From Schmidtea polychroa (lineage: Eukaryota): DNA of 64,000 bases. Location: positions 134,850,001-134,914,000 of the forward strand of contig CM097885.1 of assembly GCA_044892525.1 (NCBI GenBank), given 5' to 3'. The translations under genes were made by a program, and so were the position numbers. Shown piece by piece: positions 1-11,430 of this stretch; positions within the stretch are counted from its first letter, which is position 1; the number at the start of each line of letters is the position of its first letter. The notes beneath the pieces were generated by a model. The model did no database searches. It was not told where the DNA came from and worked only from the letters and a program-made list of their open reading frames with translations.

Positions 1-38
1 TAATGCAATGAAAGCCCAGAACGGAATGCTCAATTCCT

Positions 39-314
39 TCAATAAATAAACTGATAAAACCATTCCTCTCCAATCATACTGCTAGCACCGTCTGTCGTCA
101 TTGATAAAATTTTGGAAATATCTATTCCTTTTGTTGTTGTTGCTAATGATATTAAACTGATTAATTCTTCTTTGATATTATTTTCATTGCAGTTTCGAAT
201 AAAAATTGCTAAACGAGCTGATCCAGTTATATCAGTATTTTCATCAAGGCAAAGGGAAATTAAATTTAAAGACTTTATATCTATGTTTTGCTGATGAGTT
301 ACATTTTTGGCCAT
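39..314 (-). mobile_element. hAT (Charlie/SPIN/Buster-like) transposase fragment
   Basis: Translation has SLCLDENTDITGSARLAIFIR and SMTTDGASSMIG, the first and second catalytic-Asp regions of Buster/SPIN-type transposases; truncated. Confidence 0.8.
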
Positions 315-1489
315 TTCTTAAATGAATGACTATTTCAACTTTTCCGTCTCAAGTATAACATCTACAGCAGGGGTTCTTAACCTTTTCAAACTTATGAACC
401 TCATAAATATTTAATTGGTACCGACGGACCCCTGAAATGTTAAAAATTAATAAATTGATAGTAAAACACACACATTTTTTTATAATTTTATACCAAATAT
501 GCAGTACACTACTTTTACTTACCAAATATAATTGTGCAGGAACAATTGACAGAATTAAATAACACCCGCAAGTTAAAAGAAAAAAACTTCAACTAAATTA
601 AACTTTATTATAGCAACAATAAAAACTTTGAATCAATGCAAAAACAGAATAGTATCATAGCAACGAGTAAATATTTACAAAAAAGTGCCTACTGCGACTT
701 AAATTTTTTAACATAAAAATTCAAATGTTAGAATTTTGATGCTACAAAACAGTAAAGAAATGTTACTTACTATTTTTGTTACAATATCAAGATAACATAA
801 AAGATTTTTTACGATTTTTTGTAAATAGTGCCTCTAACTTTTCTACTCTGTTTTGTAAAATTTATAGCATTTTCAAGAAGTGATTGAAATTCCAGTTTTA
901 AGAGTAAACACTAGAAAAATAAGTCTATATATGGAACAAACCTAATAATTTCATGCACTGTCTTTTTACGTTGACAAAATTATCATGTAAAAATGGGAAA
1001 TTTAGACAATATTTAAAACCTCACTAATCGATTTTATTTTCAAAAGAAATTAAAAATTAGTTTTAACATTTTGTTGGGTTGTCGACTAGATCGACACACA
1101 TTTCCTATCTGCCCAGGGGATGAAAGTCAATTACTTTAAATCAAATAACGATTTTCAGACCGCTACACAGATCCTTCCCGATTGTTCTCACGTCATGACA
1201 CCCATGATCTGCATCATGTTGGTAATGTGCCATGGCGCGAAATATACTGAAACAAGTGAGTCCCTGCTTAGAACTACTCCTTCACCATATTTCGACTTAT
1301 CCCTTTCTGATGGCCGATAGAAGGTCTTACTTTGTTTAAGCTTAATGGAAAAACCATTTCCCTTTTAGTTGGAGAATCTCTATCCTTCTTGTTATTGAAA
1401 ATATGCTACATAAACTATTAACAACAACATCATCGAAAAGAATCATTTATTTTATTTGTAACTGTATACATGCACGACAAACTATCACT

Positions 1490-4400
1490 AAAAGATGGCA
1501 CACAGAGTCAATACCAACTGGAGAAATGGAAAATTTGGACACAAAGACTCGCACCATTTAGACACTCGACTCTATGATTTAAGAGTTCATTATTTACAAG
1601 GTGGATGATGTAGCTTCGGCGAAGAGTACCCCAATGTCGATAAAATCTAATGCATCCTCTTCCCAGGGAGTACTTGAGGGTGATATAACAATAATGGCGG
1701 ATCATAAGTGTTACAAATGTTATGAACCAGGTCATATCGCCCGATTCTGTAAGAAACAAGAATGGATAAAACCAAAAGAAGAACGAACTTGTTACCAGTT
1801 CGGCAAGAAAGGTGACATTTCAGCTAATTGCCGAGGTAATTTGAACGGCGCAAAGAGTGAAATAAAATGTTTCCAGCGCACCAAGCGATATTCTGCGATA
1901 AAAGGAACAAGTTTAGGTATCTCCAAGAAAGATGCGAGGAGGATATAAGAAGGATATAAGAACTGAAAATACAGATACAGTAGATTCGGAAGAACAGGAA
2001 AATGACTGTGCTGCTATGACAAAAGATAGTTTGAGTGAGCAAAGAACAACAAAGATGATAAGAGGTCTTGCTACAAAACCAACATTGGAAGAGAAATATG
2101 CTGACTTTATCAATGGTGAAGGTAAAAAACCAAAAAAACAGCTGACGAAGTACGAACAAACCCTGATTTCTGGTAACAGACCTGAGAAGGCCCGAAATGA
2201 ATCAGTTACAGAATGTGTGATTGGGAATCGACAGGTGAAAGTCATATTTGATTCAGGAGCAGAACTGAAGTCAAAAGTTAGTGGAAGATATTGTCAAAGA
2301 TAATCCATCACTAAGAGTTTACAATTCAACGACAAAAGTCACATGCGCTAACGGAAGTACAGTGCAATGTACCTGTAAGATTAAGTTAAATATTTCAATT
2401 GGACCTATATTAACGAGTCATATTTTTGGCGTTATGCCTAATATATTTCCACATATTTATATAGGACTTAGAAGCATGAAGAAATACGGAATTATTATTG
2501 ATGCAGCAAATGACGGAATTGAATTGCAAGGGATTATGATTCCATTTTATCTAAGACAATTCCTGCTTCATCTTTAAACGAATGACAACCGTAATGTGAG
2601 TCGGAGTGCGGTTGTTAGGAGAGAGAAGACTCAGCGAGATTATTATTATAGTTATTTTATCGAATAATATAGAAATGAGCAATGCTGGTGAATATTTCAT
2701 CAAAGGTATGGTAGTTAATGATCGTAGGGAGAAAATTGATGATTTTAATGAGATTTGTATATTTAATGGAGAAAGATCGAGGATGGCAGATCATGACATT
2801 TTAATAAGTGACGGAGAATGGGTAAGTAAAGGAGAATGGGTATATATTAATAAAGATATGCATGTTAGAGGGAGGTTCGAAAATTCGGCATGCAGGAACC
2901 GGCTTGGGATATGTAGAAAAATGGAACGATTTTATTAATGAATCACATTGCACAGTGAATAAACTCACAAAGAATTAAAAAATAAATGGCAAGAAGGCAA
3001 TAGAAGCAATATTAGAAAAATTAAAGAAGGATTGTGTTCAGATATTAATGAGCATGATAAGCTTGAGTTAATGAAAACACTAAAAGTAATGAAGATATTT
3101 TCAATAAATACAAGATGAACATCGGAAAATCTGATGAAGTGAAACCTTACATTGATACCGGAAATGCAAGACCAATATCGTTTAAGCCACAAAAGGTTCC
3201 AATAGGATTAGAAGAAGAGATTGATCATATGGTAAAAGATGTATTAGATGCAGGTATAATTAGACCAAGTTCATCACCATAAAATTTTCCTATAGTGGTG
3301 GTAAAAAATAAAAATGGATATAAGAATGTGTGTCGATTATCGAGCACTTAATGCTAAGACGGCTAGACCGATTTTCCCAATACTGGTTGCAGAGGAGTTA
3401 TTTGATACTATTGGTGGGGTCAGGTATTTTACTACGCTAGATTTATCTAGTGGATATTATTAAGTACCAATTGACGAAAAGGATATACAGAAAACGGCTT
3501 TTAGTACAAAGTATGGGCAATTTGAGTTCACAAGAATGCCTTTCGGACTTTGTTCAGCTCCTGCTACATTTCAAAAACTTATGAACATGGTTCTAAGGAA
3601 TGAAAATTGGATTAACTGCGTCGTGTATCTGGATGACGTGTTGATTTTTCGAAGAACAATAGAAGAACATAATGAACGACTTGATAAAGTGCTAGGGTGC
3701 ATCAGAGAATCTGGACTTAAATTATCGCCCGATAAGTGTGTATTTTTAAAGACAGAGGTTAGCTTTCTAGGTCATATCATAAATTAGGAAGGTGTTAAGA
3801 CAGATCCAGAGAAAATCAAAAGTATCAGTTCATGGGAAATTCCAGCATGTAAAAAAGAGTTGCAGTCGTTCTTGGGAATTTGCAATTACTATAGACGTTT
3901 TATTAAAAATTATGCAGAGACTTCATGGAAATTTAGTGCGATGCTAAAAAATGAAAGTAGTTTCCAGTGGAATGAGGACAGAAGAGCAGTGTTCTATGAG
4001 CTAAAACGGTTATTGTCCTCTCCGCCATTGTTGGCATTACCAAGCAAGAAAGGGCAATATATTTTAGAGACTGATGCATCACATAATAGCATTGGAGCTG
4101 TCTTGTCGCAGATACAAGAAGACGAGGAAATAGTACTATGTTATGCGTCAAAAACTCTGAGTGAGTGTCAGAGACAATATTGCATAACAAGGAAAGAACT
4201 ACTGGCAATTTATAAATTTGTGTTAAAATTTAACCATTATCTACTTGAATCCAAATTTATAGTAAGAACTGATCACCAAACATTGAAGTGGCTTTTGAAT
4301 TGGAATAGCCCAAATACATATCAATATTATGTTTGGAGATCTGAATTGAAAAGTTTTGACATGGTTGTCTAATATAGGAAAGGCAGTGAGCATGTTAACG

Positions 4401-6030
4401 CTGATGCAATGTCACGATTACCACCATGTGAACAATGTATTACCCATGGCGACCCTAAGAAACGGAGAAATGTCAAAGTATAGAAGGATGAATAGGTTGA
4501 GGAAAATGACCATGAACCTGAAAGGACAATGAATCAAATAGTCAAGGAACATGATGATTGGGGGCAAGACAGGATACAGATATTCAATTTATAATTAATT
4601 TGACGGAGAAAGATGATTATTTAACTGAAGAAAATCCAAGTAATTTAAAGAATGGCAGTAAAGAACTAAAAGGATTATGGGCTCTTAAAACACGCTGGAT
4701 GATAAATATTTATTGGTGGTACCAAGAACGGAAAGAGATTCCATCATTAGGCAGTTTTATTTGAAAATTGGAGCCTTAAAAATGAATTTTATTGGCTAGC
4801 CATGGATGAAGAGATACGGGAAGTTATTGTAACCTGTAAGGAATGTTTGCATAATAAGTACTTAAATGGACGAGTTAAAGCACCTTTACAAAACATTGTG
4901 GGTGAAAGATCTTTCCAAATTATTGGAATCGACCTAACAGGACCCTTTAAAGCAACAACGGGGGGTTACAGATATATACTTGGAATTATCGATTATTTCT
5001 CGAAGTAAATAAGTTCAATACCAATGGCAACGACAGAATCACCGAAGGTTGCACAAGAACTATGGAGAAACTGGATATCAAAATTCTGTGTCCCAGAGAG
5101 AATACACTCGGATTGTGGAAGTAACTTTCAATCACAATTTTTCTCGAATACTGTAAAATCTTGAGTATTCAAAAAACCTTCACTTCACCATACTATCCTC
5201 AAAGTGATGGTCTGATGGATAGATTGTTTGGAACAGCTAAAAGTATGATATGGGCGATGTTGGAAGAAAGGAAGACGGGGGATTGGGCATGATTCTACCA
5301 ACCATAGAATTTGGGCTAAGAACCACTAAACAGAAAACCACAAAGCATTCCCCATACGAGATTATATTCGGAAAGAAATCAAGACTTCCAATCGGACCGA
5401 CACGAATACTAGGAGAGAAAGTTACAAATTATGATGACTATGTAGAACAACTACAGACAGATATACAAACAATTCAAGAGAAAGTTAGACGTATTACCGA
5501 AGAAAGTATGAAGAAAACTGCCGAAAGATATAATTTAAATCGATGGAATAAGGAAGCACGGATCGGAGACCTAGTGATGGTTAGAAACGAAGACAGAAAA
5601 GGTTTTGAAAGGAAATTCGTAGGCCCATTTATTATTCAGGAAATAATAAACAAATGGACATTTATATTATAAATTGATAAATTAAGGAAGGCAATAAGAA
5701 ACTTCAATCAAATTAAAGTAATCAAGGACATAGGTAAGAATTTCGAGATAGAGAGTATTATAAAGAAAACCAATATTTGGTCAAGAAAATCAAGTGTAAA
5801 AACAAAAGAGAGAAAGATTTATCCAAAGAGAGAGACAAGAAATTCAAACCCACGATACCGTTTCGATTGTCGGCGAGGTGGATGTTATATGGATTAAATT
5901 AATGTTTAATTCATATATTATAATTATAAAGTTTTTATTGTAAAGAATTTAAAATTAACATAATTTTAAATTGTTTCAATAATACTTATTTATTAGAATA
6001 TATTTTGAACTATTTCTTATCTTATAATTT
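1490..6030 (+). mobile_element. Decayed Ty3/Gypsy LTR retrotransposon (gag-PR-RT-RH-IN, many stops and frameshifts)
   Basis: Domain order: CCHC knuckles (CYKCYEPGHIARFC, 1601-1948), protease (VIFDSGAE, ~2240), RT (MPFGLCSAPATFQ, YLDDVLIF, 3150-3790), RNase H (ILETDAS, 3860-4372), integrase (IGIDLTGP, FVGPF, 4760-5672). Purine-rich tract 5872-5882 is followed by TGTTA at 5883 (likely 3' LTR start). No matching 5' LTR found; ends approximate. Confidence 0.9.
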
Positions 6031-6161
6031 TATAGATTTATAACATGCCTGCAAGATCTTGCCTTTCTTGCTGCGTTTGGCAAGAATAGACCATATGGTT
6101 ACCGCCATTTAGATTTGATTGAGTGGACCGGAGGAGTGAATTTATTCGATGATACGATGGA

Positions 6162-6593
6162 TCACGGAGCCGCCTGACTGACGCCAGTGATATAAACATC
6201 TGGAGTTTTGGGCGACAGAAGAGTGTCCACACAACTCTTGCATGATTTTTCGACTAATGGGGTGGTCTCGAGAGGATAATGATGCAGTGGGAACACATTG
6301 CCCTCTTCCGTGGTAGGCACATTAGTGATTTTCTTAGTGAGGGTTGCTTGTACGTAAACTTTGTGCAGCGCCTCCGTCTGTTCCTTGACGAGCAACCGAT
6401 GTGACCTACTCTCTTCGATCAGACTGTTGTGACAATATTCCACTCTAGCTAATTTCTTTCTCACTTGCTTCATCTGCGTTCTAGTTGCTCTAATGCTTTT
6501 GAGAATTTCTTGTTGGGTGTGATTGGAATTTGCTTGTCGACATAGTTCTTCTTCAGGGTATTGATTTGTGTTCTGCTGGTCGTTGTGTGACAT
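6162..6593 (-). CDS. Unknown coiled-coil ORF (143 aa), possibly repeat-borne
   Basis: Intact ATG-to-stop ORF, GC-richer than background, with a heptad-like segment; weak similarity to ORF 61565-62092. Confidence 0.35.
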   Translation of the reverse strand: MSHNDQQNTNQYPEEELCRQANSNHTQQEILKSIRATRTQMKQVRKKLARVEYCHNSLIEESRSHRLLVKEQTEALHKVYVQATLTKKITNVPTTEEGNVFPLHHYPLETTPLVEKSCKSCVDTLLSPKTPDVYITGVSQAAP

Positions 6594-6968
6594 GCTTATT
6601 GTTTGATTGTTGTAAATTTCTAAATAAAATTATATGGGTTAATATGCGCTATAGGGCGACTTCTACGTATATATATTTGGTATACAGTTACCTATTTACG
6701 TTATTTTTTATTTACATTTAGGGTTACAGTCCCCTTTACACCTTTATAACACCAACAATTTTCCCAGGATTTTGTATTTTTCTTTACATATTTAGACGTT
6801 TTCTCCCTCTACCTCATACGAAAGTCTATCCATCTCTGATTTGTGACGTCGGTATCTCCTGATATTCTCTTTTCTTGTGTTATGTTCTACAATAATACAC
6901 TTTAATTTTACTTTGTATTTTGACTTTGCGATTGTTTATGGTCTCTTTCTCGCATTGGTATTTTAGTG

Positions 6969-7163
6969 AATTTTTCGCTATATTTTACAGTTTTATGTTA
7001 TATGGCTACCCTACTTTTATTATATACAAAGTTTATTCGGGTATATATTTACAATTATTATATATACAATTAAATCGATCACAATTCGGTCCTCCTAAAA
7101 CTTTGTATATAATAAAAGTAGGGTAGCCAAATAACATAAAACTGTGAAATATAACGAAAAATT
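6969..7163. repeat. Long inverted repeat / hairpin (66-bp arms, 63-bp spacer)
   Basis: 6969-7034 is the reverse complement of 7098-7163 with 3 mismatches in 66 bp (hand alignment); no TSD seen. Confidence 0.9.
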
Positions 7164-8507
7164 TGGAGTCGTAATCCCTTCTTTTTTAAACGATATTTTG
7201 AAATATGGCGTATCGTCCTTTAAAATCTTTCCGAATTTCTCTTGCGAAATAAACTGAGGTGATCCCGTTCCTAATCCTTCTTGACATTCCGATCTTTTGT
7301 AACACAAGATAACATTATCTGTTTTGAAATATTCTTCATGTATTGTTTTGTTATTTGTCACTGACAAATTGATCCTTACCTTGAACGACCATTCTAGTAC
7401 TTCATCCTACTCGCTTTTACACAATAGGAAGAACAATGACACATGTGTTCCTTCCCCTGTACCGTCTCCATTCAAATAGACTCGTGTTTTCATCTTATAC
7501 CCATTCTTCCATGACAGAAAGGCTGGACTTGATATTGCTCGTACTTTATCATCCTTTGATTCTTGGGTTTTTGTTTTTATTCCCCTCAGTTTCCAGATGA
7601 GTGGGGCTAAGGGTAGTCCTTCTCTGTCTATTACTTCTATTATTTGCTGGTTCCTACGTCTTCTTGTATTTGCTTAAATAGAACAACTTTCTCCATCATT
7701 TATTCTCCAGCTTCTTCGATTGCTTCTCGGGTTAGCACTTTTAGTGAGGCCATTTCCAATTCCATCTGTTGCGATTTTCTTTCGTTTTCCTAGGTTGCCC
7801 TAACCCAAATTTTTTATGTGAAATTATGTTATCTGCGAGATGTTTCGATAGTTCTTCTCGTCGACCCTTGTTTTGACAGCCCCATTTCTCCATTATACAA
7901 TTGATCTTCTTTTTCCCACATTTTTCCAGATGCAATGCTACTTTCACTCTTCCGTTTACTTCTCATTCATTTTGGCATATTTCCATATACTCTAAACGCA
8001 CTTTCTCTTCCTCCACATTTTTATACTCTTCCTGTATTTTCCTCCATACGTCTATCTTCCCGCAATGTTCGCATCTCTCTTGCCTTCCTTCGCATTTTCC
8101 TTCGTGTTCCACTGTTTCGGTTACCTTTATAGTTTGTTGGTATAATTTGCATTTATTGACTTTGCATCTAAATTCCTCCACATGTTGTTTTACTTCCCAT
8201 ATTGTTCCTATCCATACGCAAGGCGCATCCCACCTTCGTCTTTAATATATTCTTTATCGCTGCTTTGTCATGTGTCATCTTTCTATCGTAACTTCTCCAC
8301 ATGTTGGACACTTTTGTGGTCCTTCTTTTGTTAGGTTCTCTATACACTCTCGACACATTCTACATCCCCATTCCGTCTGGTGTGCTTCTTGTAGCAAATT
8401 TAAACACATTCCACATTATATATTTTAGTGCATTCTGATAGCTATTGATGAATTTGTCCGATGAATTCTATGATTTCTTTGAACTCTGTTTTTTGTTAGG
8501 TATTCAT
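7150..8507 (-). pseudogene. traf: Intronless TRAF pseudogene, copy 1 (RING - TRAF zinc fingers - coiled coil - MATH)
   Basis: Hand translation: RING CGMCLNLLQEAHQTEWGCRMCRECIE; zinc fingers (CEHCGK, CPFHFQMQ region on plus = HLEKCGKKKINC..KWGC); MATH LIWKL..SPAFLSWKNGYKMKTRVYLNGDGTGEGTHVSLFFLLCKSE*DEVLEWSF...GSPQFISQEKFGKILKDDT. In-frame stops and frameshifts; no introns needed. Confidence 0.9.
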
Positions 8508-8592
8508 TTCTACAATTATATATACATGTATTTTTTGTTTCTGATTATTTTCACTTTATTTACAATTTATTTACACATTTTTGGGTTCCCTA

Positions 8593-8830
8593 TTACATAC
8601 TCGAGGAATCGGCCTCCTGTCCGCCTTCCTCCTTATTGACTAACCAATCTGATCAATCTTCTGCAGCTTCTTCCTCAATATCTTCTATTATCCTTGTTAT
8701 TTCGTTTTTATGCATCTGACTATAGTGTCTTAGTCGTTCTATTTTTAGCTGCATTTCCTCTATTTTCTTTCTTTGATCTTCTATTATTCTTACGTAGTTG
8801 AACCCTTTATTCATACTTTCAATAAGGGGT
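8593..8830 (-). pseudogene. Coiled-coil ORF-B, copy 1 (homolog of 28320-28679)
   Basis: LIESMNKGFNYVRIIEDQRKKIEEMQ...ED*SDWLVNKEEGGQEADSSSM* aligns with LIESLNKGFNYALIIEDQRMKIEQMQ...EDWSDWLISREDGGQEPDSSSQ*. Confidence 0.85.
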
Positions 8831-8910
8831 TATATACAATTATATACACATGTAAGTTCTCGTTTCTATTAAATTTTACCTAATTTTATTCCTCATAGTT
8901 ATATAATATT

Positions 8911-8928
8911 TATACCGCGCTTATATAC
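8911..8928 (-). promoter_or_regulatory. Conserved TATA-like motif TGTATATAAGCGCGGTAT upstream of ORF-B (copy 1)
   Basis: The same 18-mer occurs at ~28757-28774 upstream of ORF-B copy 2, while flanking DNA has diverged. Confidence 0.5.
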
Positions 8929-10360
8929 ATTTATAGTGATACTTTTATGTAGTTTTGTGCTTTTATACGTTAATCATTTACATTATATACAGTCATAACC
9001 CTTTCTTTTTATACGTGTGGGTTTTAGGACGTTGTGCTTTCCAGGCCTCCATTCACGGTTCTTGTTTGATTTGATCTACCCTTGGTAGATCTTTTTCATT
9101 CGCATCATACTCTCGACTTCTCATTCTGACCTCTTTTAAGTTCTTGTGATGCTGTTGTCGCTTTATTATTTTTATTTTTCCTCCGGTTAATAGTACTAGA
9201 ATCACACATATAGCCGCGCTACTTAACCATATTATTTTGCTTATTCTTGAAGTTCCCGGTTGTTTGTTCGTTACTGTCGTCGTTGTTGTTGTTGTTGTGG
9301 GTTTTTCTCTCTTGCTTTCGTCTTCTACCTTTTCTTCTATTAATTTCCGTATCCCCTTCCTTTCGGATACATGTTCGCGTCTTTGCCATGGTTTTCTCTT
9401 TTGTTCCGTTTTCTTTCAGTCTTTTGACTAGTTCTCCCATATTTTGGTCTTTTTCTAGATATCTTTTCCTCCTTTTTAACCCAGGCTATTTCTGGCACTC
9501 CGATGCTGATCATCTTCTCCATATAAATATTGTATATTCCGTTTGTGGCTTTATGTGTCCTTTTATCATTTCCCACCTTGTTCTAGCCACACTTTCTTCC
9601 ATTTGATTCTCTGGATTTTTTTCCGTTTTCTTGTTGGGTTCCTTGTATCCCCACTTCTTTTATCGGCTCTTTATCTTCGTTTGTTATTATTAATCGTTGA
9701 TGTCGTTCTGTTATACATTTGTTGTTATAATATTCCCTCTTCAGTTCCCATTGCTGCACTTGTTCTTCATTTTCCTCTTCTTGATTTATTACTTCATTTT
9801 GGTTTGTGATTCTTTTTGTTTCTTTGTTTTCTTTTAGTTCTCTTATTCTGGGCTACTACCATTTTGATTGTTGTTAGTATTAAGATGATCAGTATCATAT
9901 TTGCATATATTTCCTTGTTATTCGAAGGTAGGTATACCTTCTGTTTTCCATTATTCGATTTTGTTCCCTTTCTTTCTCGTTTTCTTTATTTTCTCTTTTT
10001 ACCGTTATAGCTTGATCTTCGTTTTCCTTGTTAATCTTTTCAACATCGCCGTCCTTTTTCTTATTGTTTCCCTTATTTCCGTTATCGTCTTTTCTTTTAT
10101 CTCCCCCGGTGTCGTTTAAAAAGTTCGTCCTCGATATTTATGTCGTGAATGATTTTTGGTATGCAGTTAACGCTCTATTTCTTGCCATTACGGCTTCGTT
10201 CTCGTATTCTGATCGCCTTGCTGCGGTGTGTTTCCAATTTTTTCTAGATCTCTTAACTGAATTCTGTTACCGACTCGTTCTGATTCTTTCGGATTTCTTG
10301 TGATTCGTATGTCCTCAAGATTTAAGACAATCAGTATGATCCTTGGCGTTCTACCTTTTG

Positions 10361-11020
10361 TTAATGTGCTTTTTTATTATAGCGTTCTTCATAATATTCG
10401 TTGACGTTTATTGCGTATTCTATGCTTTGGGGTTTACTCCATGATAATAACAGTTTCATTGCTTCTCCATTTTCTCTCAACCTATTCCACTGGGATTGGG
10501 ACGTACTTCTGCATATGTCTTCCACTTCCGCTCTTGTCTTATTTTTACAGATGAATCTTATCATTTCCATGTTTGGTTTAATGGTTGTCCAATTCAAAGT
10601 TGAATTTCCATCGTTTGACCTATCATTAATTTTTTATCCTGTTTGATATAATTTGAGTAAAGTCTTGATGTGCATGTTTGTTATGGCTGCGTACATCATC
10701 GCCGTTAAACTAATTCTCATTTTTGGCGTTTGTTTCTTCCCCTGTGTTTTCTAAAAATTTTATGAAGTCCATTTCTCTATTTTCCTTTGCCGTTAGTATT
10801 GATTGTTGCAGTGGCGTTTTCTAATCTGTTGATGTCATTGTAAAAGCTAGTGGTATGAATGTCTTTATCTGCCGAATGTCTAATCTCGTGGATTGATCTT
10901 TTGCATATGCGTGCACTGCTCTTATTATTTTCTTGATTACTTCCTCGTCTGTGTTTTCCCGCATCTCTTCGAAAAACAGCTCTCTCGCTTTTCGTATTAT
11001 TTTCGTACTATTATTTTCCT
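10361..11020 (-). pseudogene. Decayed ankyrin-repeat ORF within cassette copy 1
   Basis: Hand translation across stops and a frameshift: KTPLQQSILT..MDFIKFLENTGEETNAK / TAMMYAAITNMHIKTLLKLYQTG*KINDRSNDGNSTLNWTTIKPNMEMIRFICKN, about three ankyrin-like units. Confidence 0.6.
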
Positions 11021-11159
11021 AATTACTTGTGGTTCAATATGAGTTGGTTGTACTGGTTATGGGATTATTGTTTTCCACTTCCTTTTGTTGATTTAAACTT
11101 CTTAATCATTACACTGTTGATGCGTTTTCAGCCGTGAGGTCTCGGATGATGTACAAATT

Positions 11160-11430
11160 GCAAAATTGTAATTGAAAATTGTTCATTGACTATGACAAAT
11201 TAATGGAAAATTATTTACATTGAATTATTAATTATTATTATTATTGACCCCATTGTAGCGCTTAATGAAATAATAAAATATGGTTCCGTATTTTCATTTT
11301 TATATAGTTATGTAATATTTATCTTGTTAATATACCAAACTGAATAAAACAATAAAATAATTGAATAATTTGTATTTGAATGCGCAAAACGGTTAATTCT
11401 TGGTTTCGATAATATCTTTAGGTTCCATTA
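11160..11430 (-). repeat. Partial duplicate of the Six gene 3' end (stop codon and 3' flank)
   Basis: 11275-11430 is near-identical to 19500-19653, and 11160-11210 resembles 19216-19262. Confidence 0.85.

Noticed and set aside
368-440. CAGGGGTTCTTAACC hAT-like terminus
   Set aside because: No partner TIR or TSD found; cannot define an element.
1330-1420. Protease-like LNGKTISLLVG fragment
   Set aside because: Catalytic DTG/DSG is absent and the segment is too short to call.
6718-6723. TTAGGG telomere-like word
   Set aside because: Single copy, expected by chance.
9237-10303. Plus-strand hydrophobic ORFs resembling membrane proteins
   Set aside because: Antisense shadows of A-rich minus-strand decayed coding sequence.
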